From Planctomycetota bacterium (GTDB lineage: Bacteria > Planctomycetota > J058 > JAJDCP01): DNA of 64,000 bases. How positions within the stretch are numbered: position 1 is the stretch's first letter; each line of letters begins with the position of its first letter. The DNA lies in contig JAJDCP010000125.1 of the NCBI GenBank assembly GCA_029260765.1, positions 1,863-65,862 on the forward strand. Reading direction: 5' to 3'. Below are positions 56,864 to 64,000 of the stretch, one piece after another. The notes under the pieces are model-generated. The model was given only the letters and a program-made list of their open reading frames with translations. It ran no database searches and had not been told where the DNA came from. Both the position numbers and the translations under genes were made by a program.

Positions 56864-58510
56864 ATGCCCGGGCGCCACCATTCCGAAAAGAAGCCGGCGA
56901 GCTTCGAGAAATTCCGCATGGGTGACTACCTGGTGGAGCGGCTGCTCGGCAAAGGGGGCATGGGGCTCGTTTTCCTCGCCAAGGAGATCTCCCTCGACCG
57001 CTGGGTCGCGCTGAAACTCCTGGGCAGGGCCTTCCGCGCCAACAAGCAGGCGGGCGCTCGCTTTCTGACGGAAGCCCGAGCGATCGCAAGGCTCGACCAC
57101 CGCAACATCGTGCGTGTCCACAACGTCGGGAAGGACCCCGAGAGCGGTCGGATCTTCATGTCGATGGAGTTCGTCAAGGGCCAGACCCTGTCGGCGCGAA
57201 TGCGTCAGGACGACATGAGCTTCGGAGAGATCCTGCGTATCTGCAAGAGCGTGGCGAGCGGCCTTCAGCATGCCTGGGCAGCTCGGGTCGTCCACCGGGA
57301 CATCAAACCGGGCAACATCATGTTGGCTGAAGACTCAGGCAGGGTGAAGATCCTCGACTTCGGACTCGCACGTTTCCGTGAGAAGGAAGGCCACGGCTCC
57401 AGTGGAACGGTGATGGGCACTCCCAGCTACATGTCCCCTGAACAGTCCGAAGCCGGCTCCGTCGATTGCCGCAGCGACCTCTATGCGCTCGGGGTGATCC
57501 TCTATGAAATGCTCGCCGGTTCACGGCCGTTCACCGGAGACTTCCCGGCGAGCCTGATCTACCTGCATTGCTATGCCAACCCCCGTCGGATCTCCAGCGT
57601 GCGCAAGAACGTGCCGCCGGGCTTCGAAGACATCCTCGAACGCCTGTTGGCGAAGAAGCCGGAACAACGCTACCGCGATCCGGCGGCCCTGCTGCACGCC
57701 CTGGAAGCACTGGAGCTGAAGCTCGGCCGCGCGCGCCTGCTCGACGATCTTCCCCTCGGTCCCATCGTCAAGCCGACCATGACTGTCGAGGTCGACAGCT
57801 ACGACCCCAAGGAGATGCTGAACACCAAGCGCGGCGTGACCGTGCCGGGGCGCCGCTGGCCTATCCGGCTGTTGCTGGCTGCGCTGATCGGCCTGGCTGT
57901 GCTCGCGGGACTGGCCTGGACCCTCGGGTCCTGGACAGATCCCGGTAGCATCGGACCAGACACCCCCGTGCAATGGAGCCAGGCACTGCCGCCCTGGCCG
58001 AGCGGTTCCCGCCTGCAAGGCAGCGAGGGTTCTCACTGGGAGCACCCGGCGGACGCAGCGATCCCCGGCAGCTTGTGGGGACGAGGATCGGGACGCTTGG
58101 AGGTGCCACTGGACGGGCCGGCCTGGAGGCTGTCGGGGTACTTCCTCGTCGGCAGCGCGCCGCGCTTCGGGGTGTTCCTGGCGCTTGCGGGGCAGCCGCA
58201 GCTCGGGATGAGCCTGCAGCGTTACAGTCGGGACCTGGTGTTGTCGATCGAGGAAGCCATCGAGCGAGACGGGGTGGTCCGGCAGGCGCGATTCGCCTCG
58301 CAAGAGGTCGCGTTCCATGCTGAGCGGATGGCCTTCGACGTCACCCTGCTGGGCGACGAAGTGCGGTTCCGCATCGACGGACGCAGCGTCGGCACGGCGA
58401 AGCTCACGCGGACCCCGGACGCCTTCTGGTTGATGGTCGAAGGAAGCGACGAGGAGCGGGCCGGATTTCTCGAGGTGCGCTTACGGCAGGGGGTGGCGGT
58501 CGAGCCCTGA
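56864..58510 (+). CDS. Membrane Ser/Thr protein kinase
   Basis: LGKGGMG, VALK, HRDIKPGN, DFG, GTPSYMSPE, TM, and a C-terminal domain similar to that of 51265..53298. Confidence 0.95.
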   Translation: MPGRHHSEKKPASFEKFRMGDYLVERLLGKGGMGLVFLAKEISLDRWVALKLLGRAFRANKQAGARFLTEARAIARLDHRNIVRVHNVGKDPESGRIFMSMEFVKGQTLSARMRQDDMSFGEILRICKSVASGLQHAWAARVVHRDIKPGNIMLAEDSGRVKILDFGLARFREKEGHGSSGTVMGTPSYMSPEQSEAGSVDCRSDLYALGVILYEMLAGSRPFTGDFPASLIYLHCYANPRRISSVRKNVPPGFEDILERLLAKKPEQRYRDPAALLHALEALELKLGRARLLDDLPLGPIVKPTMTVEVDSYDPKEMLNTKRGVTVPGRRWPIRLLLAALIGLAVLAGLAWTLGSWTDPGSIGPDTPVQWSQALPPWPSGSRLQGSEGSHWEHPADAAIPGSLWGRGSGRLEVPLDGPAWRLSGYFLVGSAPRFGVFLALAGQPQLGMSLQRYSRDLVLSIEEAIERDGVVRQARFASQEVAFHAERMAFDVTLLGDEVRFRIDGRSVGTAKLTRTPDAFWLMVEGSDEERAGFLEVRLRQGVAVEP

Positions 58511-58522
58511 GCCGACAGGCTC

Positions 58523-60493
58523 CTAGCGCGGTTGGACGCTTGTGGTCTGTTCTTCGAAGTCAACACTCTGCAAGAACTCTTCCCACTCGAGCAACACTGA
58601 GTCGGTCAGCAGTGGGACCGACGCGGCGTCCTCTTCCTTGGACTCGGGCTCCGCGCTGGACTCCGGATCCGTTGTGGACTCGGGATCCGCTGGAGATTCG
58701 GGATCCGCTGCAGTCGGCTGCGCTTCGTCGGGCGCCTGCGGGACGATCGTGACCGTAACCTCTTCCGCAAAATCGGTTTGTGGCAGCAATGCCGTCCGCA
58801 CATCTGCTTCGGTCCCCAGCCAGGCAACGGGGAGCACCGCGGCGCTTTCTGGCACTTCCACAGGCTCACGCTCGTGGGTCTGTTCCTGGGTCTGCTCTTG
58901 GGCCTCGAGACGCGCCTGTGAAGCCGGATCCAGCTCGAGCACCCGCGCGACAGACAGAAACATCCCGGGCTGCGTAGGACGGCAGCGTCGCACCTCGGCT
59001 TCGGCCATCAGATGCTTGCCCGGCTCAAGCTCGATCACCAATTTTAGCAGCGCCTGGTCCTCCAGTTGCAGCCGGCACAGGAAGCTGATCGCTTCGCGGC
59101 CGATCTCCTGGGCGACCCCCTCGCAGATCTCTTCGGTGGTGCTCTCCCCGTGGCCGTCGAAGGCCTGGAACCACATCCGGTAGGCGGCGGGCTCTGGCTG
59201 CGGGCGGCGCAAGCGAGCCGTCAAAGCCCGTCGCGCGGGCTCGGCCCGCATGCCGAACAAGCCACCAGGTACCGCCCGCAAACGGCGCGTCTCAGGACGC
59301 GGCGGCGGCGGCGGCTCCACCGCGACAGCCGCCGGCGCGGGGACGGAGGGCTCGTTGCTCGGTTGGATGCGCAACGCCCTGCGGCCTGCCAGCAGCCCGG
59401 TGATGAGGCCCGCCGACAGCAACATCCCGGCGGGCCAGGCCGGGAGCCCTCCGCTGATTGCGTCCGCCAGTTGGATCGAGGCCGCACACGCGAAGCCGAA
59501 GGTTCCTGCCAGACAGCCAACGCTCACCAGCAGGCGGCGCCTCGACGCCGCCCACAAGGCGGCCAGCCCGCACAGGAGACAGAGCCCCGCCTCAAACCAG
59601 GCGCCAGTCGAGGGCAGGGGCCCTACGCCAGGCGGCGGGGCCTCTGTGAGAGGCGGCGTGGCCGCGCGAGGCTCCACCCCCGCGAGCTGCGCAGACGAGG
59701 ACGCGGACGCGGGCTCGGGCTCGGGCCGCAAAGCCAGAGCATCCGCGACGGGAGAGCGGGCCTCCAGCGCCGGGAGATCCACTCGGGCCAGCGCTGCGGC
59801 GGCCGCGGCCCCCCGGCGTTCAAGCGCCTGGTAGGCCGCGATGCGGCGCGCATACTCGAGCCGGGGGTTCTGGACCAGGGCCAGCAAGGCCTCCAGTTGG
59901 GACTCTCCCAGGCAGACGCCAGGAATATGGTCGATCACCGCAGCCCGCAACGGTCCCTCAGTGCCCACCAGCGCATCGAACAGCGCCGTCGCGGTGCCCC
60001 CGCCCGCGGCGGCGACCAGAGCGGCGGCCAGCTGCGCCTCGGCAGCCAGGGCAAAGGGCAAGCCTTCGACGACCTGATGGGTCCAGTCCGTGGAGTCTTT
60101 GTTCTTCCGGGCCATAAAGCGGAGCGCTGTGCTGAGCTGGAACGCGCTTTGGCCTTGCGCCTGCAGGCGTAGCTGAATCAGAACCAGGAACGTCCGGAGC
60201 TGCTGGGCTTCGCTCGCCAGGATCCGGGCGAGCTCGCTCTGGTCCGGCCCGTGCAGTAAGAACAGGCTCTGGGCCAGGGTTTTCTCGGCAGCTGCGGGGT
60301 CCTCAGCCAGCATCTGCATGGCCACGTCCCGCACAGCGATGCTGTCGGCTCTGCCGGGCAGCAGCGAGCGTTGCAGGCGCTCCTCAAGCTGGCGGAAACG
60401 CTCGTCCGCGACGAGTGGCGAAGCGAGCAGGCACACCAGGGCTGCGAGCACCCAACCGCGGGCGTGGAGGAACGGGGTAGACGAGAAGCTCAC
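58523..60493 (-). CDS. Exported HEAT-like + 3 TM + degenerate PilZ protein with acidic tail (paralog of 49718..51280)
   Basis: Shared 'AEA.LAA.L', 'RI.A..AL.R.G', 'RR.LL...CL' and 'ETRR' segments; PilZ-like 'EIGREAISF...AEVRRC'. Confidence 0.72.
   Translation of the reverse strand: MSFSSTPFLHARGWVLAALVCLLASPLVADERFRQLEERLQRSLLPGRADSIAVRDVAMQMLAEDPAAAEKTLAQSLFLLHGPDQSELARILASEAQQLRTFLVLIQLRLQAQGQSAFQLSTALRFMARKNKDSTDWTHQVVEGLPFALAAEAQLAAALVAAAGGGTATALFDALVGTEGPLRAAVIDHIPGVCLGESQLEALLALVQNPRLEYARRIAAYQALERRGAAAAAALARVDLPALEARSPVADALALRPEPEPASASSSAQLAGVEPRAATPPLTEAPPPGVGPLPSTGAWFEAGLCLLCGLAALWAASRRRLLVSVGCLAGTFGFACAASIQLADAISGGLPAWPAGMLLSAGLITGLLAGRRALRIQPSNEPSVPAPAAVAVEPPPPPRPETRRLRAVPGGLFGMRAEPARRALTARLRRPQPEPAAYRMWFQAFDGHGESTTEEICEGVAQEIGREAISFLCRLQLEDQALLKLVIELEPGKHLMAEAEVRRCRPTQPGMFLSVARVLELDPASQARLEAQEQTQEQTHEREPVEVPESAAVLPVAWLGTEADVRTALLPQTDFAEEVTVTIVPQAPDEAQPTAADPESPADPESTTDPESSAEPESKEEDAASVPLLTDSVLLEWEEFLQSVDFEEQTTSVQPR
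58640..58711 (-). repeat. 4 x 18-bp coding tandem repeat (xxDPES)
   Basis: Encodes AADPES-PADPES-TTDPES-SAEPES. Confidence 0.8.
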
Positions 60494-61809
60494 GGTGCGG
60501 TATCCGAAACAGTGCGCAGGGCGTAGATGCCCTCGTCTTCGCGCAATGCGTCGAGCAACGCGACGTCGAAGGTCAGTGACTGCCCGGCGAACAGGTCGAT
60601 CTGCCCGCCGAGGACAGTGCCAAAGACATCGGCGGCCGCTTCGAAACGGATCCGCCCCTCCGGATTGAAGAAGCTGCCGAAATAGGGACCACTCCCGGTC
60701 ACCCGCAGGTTCCGACCGGACTCCAAGTAGACCTGGAAATCCTGGGGGCGCGGAGGGCTCCCCAAGTAGTTGCCTGCCCCGTCGAAGCGCACATCATTGT
60801 TGGCGTAGATCTCCAGGTGCGCGTCTGCCCAACCGTCTCCACGGTCCAGAAAGGTGATCGGTTCTGACACCCGCATACCTGTGCCGAATGCCGGGATGAT
60901 CAAGGTGACGTCGCCCTGGACACGAAGCGTCGCGCCCGCGGCGATCCTGAACTGGTTGGCGGCCAGCGTGATCGGTCCGATCAGCGTCAATTCTCCACCA
61001 GCTGCTACGTTCACGCTCAGCATCCGGTAGTTGCCGGGTCCAAGCACCCGCGTCCCGCCATTGCCGACCCACACAAGGCCCAGGGGCAGACCGAGGTCGA
61101 GCAGGGCGAGCAGGTTCAGGTCGATCAGGTCATCGAAGCGCGCCCAGCTGCGAGGCGCCGGAGCCGTCAAGTTGAGGAAGCCCACCTGCGACGGATCAGC
61201 GATCACAAGCGGGGCCTGCGCCGTCCCGGTGATGCCCGCTCCCGCGGCGAGCTGGATGCTCCCTTCCGACAGGGCTTCGCCGTTGCAGAGCGCGCCCGCG
61301 TCCATGGTCAAAGTGGCATCAGAGCGGATCAGGGCCGGTCCGGCCTCAGACGCCGGACCAGGCAGCCCCAGCCGGCTGTCGAAGTTCAGCTCGATCGCGA
61401 CGTTCAGGCCCAGAGCCAACTGCGAGAGCGCGCAGGCCGCGCCGTCGGACAGCGGTGTCGACAGCGGCTCTGCGACCGCGTAGTAGGTCTTTTGAGCGTC
61501 GGCAAACGACCCCACCGAGACGAGCAGGATCCGCGCGGTGCTGACCTGTGTCCAGTGCACCCGGGCCTCGGAGCCGTCTGCAAACTGGTAGACGCGCTCG
61601 AGGGGAGAGTTGTCTCCATTGTTGATCTCGGTCAAGCGCAATGCCACGCCGTTGTCGGCCGCCAGGGCGCTGCGCTCGAGATCGCCCAGGATCTGGCGTC
61701 CCTGTGCCTGGTCGCCCATCGAAGCGAAGAGGCTGACGGTCACACCCATCACCAGCATGGTCAGGACAAGGGCAAGGACGAGGGAGGAGCCTCGGCGCAG
61801 AGTCTTCAT
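60490..61809 (-). CDS. PilX-like minor pilin with a large beta-helix-like C-terminal domain
   Basis: Class III signal RRG|SSLVL (no Glu5), 'AADNGV', 'LVSVGS', C-terminal 'GSFFNP...VFGTVLG...LTFDVAL'. Confidence 0.8.
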   Translation of the reverse strand: MKTLRRGSSLVLALVLTMLVMGVTVSLFASMGDQAQGRQILGDLERSALAADNGVALRLTEINNGDNSPLERVYQFADGSEARVHWTQVSTARILLVSVGSFADAQKTYYAVAEPLSTPLSDGAACALSQLALGLNVAIELNFDSRLGLPGPASEAGPALIRSDATLTMDAGALCNGEALSEGSIQLAAGAGITGTAQAPLVIADPSQVGFLNLTAPAPRSWARFDDLIDLNLLALLDLGLPLGLVWVGNGGTRVLGPGNYRMLSVNVAAGGELTLIGPITLAANQFRIAAGATLRVQGDVTLIIPAFGTGMRVSEPITFLDRGDGWADAHLEIYANNDVRFDGAGNYLGSPPRPQDFQVYLESGRNLRVTGSGPYFGSFFNPEGRIRFEAAADVFGTVLGGQIDLFAGQSLTFDVALLDALREDEGIYALRTVSDTAP

Positions 61810-61819
61810 GGGGGCTTCC

Positions 61820-62425
61820 TCAGTTTCTAAGTCTGATAGTTTCTTGGCAGAGCGTCAGGACATAGCCGGTCTGGGCCCGTGCCACACCGTCTTCGTGGGC
61901 CTGGGAAAACGCGGGAGCCTTCGGGTTGTAGCGCAGGCAGGTCTGGAAACGCACCACCAGGGTGCGTTCATCATCCCGCACGATGCGGTAGGAGGCGGGC
62001 AGCACGTTCCGAGCCAGGGGAAGCTGCTCACCACTGGGCAGCTGCAGGATCAGCAGGCCTTCATCGGCGAGACCGTTCTGGTTGTCGTCCAACCCATTGG
62101 CCGCCTCGTCCGCCAGATACGCGAAGCGCAGAGTGTAGACGCCCGAGGTGCTGACGCTGCCATCGCTGGGTTCAATCTGGGTGCGGGTGAAGCGCAGCCT
62201 GCGCTCGACTGCTTCCCCGTCGAGTTGGATACCTGCGGGCTCCGCGAAGCGCAGCTGCTCCTGCAAGCGGCGCACCGCGAGCTGGTGGTGATGGTCTGCC
62301 TCCGCCTGCCGCGCGATGTACGCGGTCTCCCGAGCCGCCGAGCCGAACAGCCCGAAGGCGATGCTGGCGACGACCGAGAAGACCGCGACAGAGATCACCA
62401 GCTCCAACAGGCTGACCCCCCTCAT
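61820..62425 (-). CDS. Type IV minor pilin / pseudopilin (PilW/PulJ-like)
   Basis: RG|VSLLELVIS prepilin motif, 'NGLDDNQNGLADEG' loop, C-terminal 'IRLRN'. Confidence 0.85.
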   Translation of the reverse strand: MRGVSLLELVISVAVFSVVASIAFGLFGSAARETAYIARQAEADHHHQLAVRRLQEQLRFAEPAGIQLDGEAVERRLRFTRTQIEPSDGSVSTSGVYTLRFAYLADEAANGLDDNQNGLADEGLLILQLPSGEQLPLARNVLPASYRIVRDDERTLVVRFQTCLRYNPKAPAFSQAHEDGVARAQTGYVLTLCQETIRLRN

Positions 62426-62907
62426 GGCTGGCTTCTCCGCACGAGCAGACTCTGTACCTCGGAGCGTCGTGTCCAGCCGCGATCCTGCCAACGGACGCGG
62501 ATCGTGACGAACAGGCTCACCATGCCCGCGTGTGCCGCTTCCAGCTCATCGAAGACCGTGTCGTTGTCGAGATCGACCGGTCTCCCCACGAAGGCCGCTG
62601 CCTGGGACTCGCTGCCGAACTGCACTTCGAGCAGCCCGTTCGGGAGACCGCCAGGCTCGAGATCGACCGCCCGCCCTTGATACGACGGCAGCAGCTCGGC
62701 CCAGTCCGCTGCCCGCAGCTCTTCGAGCATTGTCTGCAGCTGACGCTGCGCATGTTGCGCCTGGCGGTTGCCGGCGACGTGCTGCAGACCAAGCACCATG
62801 GCCGACAACAAGCTGAGAATCCCCACGACCAGGACCGCGATCGCGGTTGTGGTCTGTATGAGACTGAAGCCGTCACGCGAGGCGCGGCGCGAGCAGAAAT
62901 AAACCAC
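62422..62907 (-). CDS. Type IV minor pilin (PilV-like)
   Basis: DG|FSLIQ prepilin-like N-terminus with a hydrophobic helix, 'DLDND', 'VTIRVRW'. Confidence 0.78.
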   Translation of the reverse strand: MVYFCSRRASRDGFSLIQTTTAIAVLVVGILSLLSAMVLGLQHVAGNRQAQHAQRQLQTMLEELRAADWAELLPSYQGRAVDLEPGGLPNGLLEVQFGSESQAAAFVGRPVDLDNDTVFDELEAAHAGMVSLFVTIRVRWQDRGWTRRSEVQSLLVRRSQP

Positions 62908-63383
62908 GGCTGCAAGGCCTCTCCCGGAAACTCGACCAGAACACTCCGCTTTAAGTGTACCAGCGCTGCGGCGGCATGCCAGGCCACGTGCCGAGCACCG
63001 CGCGTGACATCCTGTCGACTCCGCGAGCCAAGCGGGCTTGCACGCTGGCAAAAAAATCTCAGTTCATGAAGAGATGTTCACATTGGATGCCATCTGGACC
63101 AGAAGGCACGCCTATGTCTTGCCGTGTCTTACATTTGGGTGTGCGGCGGTCTGAGAGAGGTGGATGCAGGGAAGGACGGGCTGGAAGATGGGACTGCCTT
63201 CACGCCGCAGCGCAGCTCCGTCATCACCGCGGCGATTTCCTCGCAGCATCGTTCGTAGTCCGCGGCCGCACCGATCCCCTGCGGGTCCCGTCCGGCCACG
63301 CCCCCCCCCTGAGGGGCCCGCCTGCCTCAAGAACGTTGGCCGCCGACGCTGGGCACACCAACCGTAGATGTGCGCTCGGTCGC

Positions 63384-63998
63384 TCAAGGTGTCTCGAGCT
63401 GGCGCCGCGCGTCTTCCACCTGCTGAAGAATCATCAGAGCGCTTGCCCGCACAGCGGGGTCGGCCCCGGGCAGGATGCGCGTGCGGATCCCGTCGCTCGT
63501 GCGCGCGATCGCGGACTCCGCGACGATGCTGCGGGCGCGGGTCACGTCGATCAACCTCTTCAGCTGTGCCGCATAGGCGCGCAGCTGCTCGCTCCCGGTC
63601 TCGATCTCTTCGGTCTGCTCGACGATCTGAGCCGTCTGCTCCGACAGCTGCGACTGGCTGGCGACGAGGTGCCGGCCCTGGCCCTCCAGCTCCGAGCGCG
63701 ACGCAGCGATGGTGTGGTTCTTGACCAGCAGCAGGGACAACCACAGCAGCGCCCCGATCACAAGCAGCGCGACACTGCCGCGCAGTGCGAGACGCAAGCG
63801 TGAACGGGCCTCCTTCTCGCGGCGTCGGCGCTGGCGTGCGTTCTGCAGCCTCCTGCGTAACTCCAGGCTGCTCGCATCCAGGCGATTGAGCTGCTCGAGC
63901 TGCGCCTCGACCAACTGCAGGTCCCCGTTCTGCACGGCGACCTCCGCCAGCACGCTGCGGGCCCGCGTCTCGCCGGCAACGCTCTCCGGGTTGCCGGG
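63384..63998 (-). CDS. TPR/TM/coiled-coil protein, 5'-truncated by the window edge
   Basis: Frame is open to the window end; one TM followed by a coiled coil. Confidence 0.65.
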   Translation of the reverse strand, partial: PGNPESVAGETRARSVLAEVAVQNGDLQLVEAQLEQLNRLDASSLELRRRLQNARQRRRREKEARSRLRLALRGSVALLVIGALLWLSLLLVKNHTIAASRSELEGQGRHLVASQSQLSEQTAQIVEQTEEIETGSEQLRAYAAQLKRLIDVTRARSIVAESAIARTSDGIRTRILPGADPAVRASALMILQQVEDARRQLETP

Positions 63999-64000
63999 CC

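Noticed and set aside
63215-63350. Possible ParA/Soj C-terminal remnant on the minus strand ('RDPQGIGAAADYERCCEEI') beside a C9 run
   Set aside because: Too short and frameshifted to support without a search.
1-64000. CRISPR arrays, tRNA/rRNA genes, integrases, transposases
   Set aside because: No regularly spaced repeat-spacer series, cloverleaf/rRNA signature or recombinase motif was seen by eye; short RNAs could be missed.

Overview
High-GC bacterial window, probably from an uncultured Planctomycetota-like organism (inferred from gene content: PQQ propeller, CotH/lamin-tail protein, many Ser/Thr kinases, TPR/HEAT proteins). Main content: (1) a Tat-exported, Nitrospira/anammox-type nitrite oxidoreductase / nitrate reductase operon (nxrA, small ORF, nxrB, chaperone, diheme-c/heme-b gamma fusion, cupredoxin-like gene) behind a GAF-GAF-wHTH-BTAD regulator with a candidate 11-bp-period operator; (2) an accessory region with several pseudogene fragments and a lipoprotein resembling SMP/TULIP lipid-transfer domains; (3) an FG-GAP repeat gene interrupted by one in-frame TGA (W-U-C) followed by a SECIS-like hairpin, a candidate selenoprotein; (4) a five-gene operon pairing a lipoprotein secretin with a duplicated PapD-like chaperone and chaperone-usher-type pilins but no usher or ATPase, a candidate hybrid pilus system; (5) a signalling block (PAS hybrid kinase, CheB-CheR fusion, B12 radical SAM, pirin-like gene, XylR-type sigma54 activator); (6) a DUF4956-VTC-CotH triad between degenerate direct repeats; (7) a mirror-symmetric PilZ / Ser-Thr kinase / degenerate HD-GYP module next to type IV minor pilin genes. 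REP-type elements are present. No rRNA, tRNA or CRISPR array was seen. All family assignments are by eye from motifs; no database search was run.
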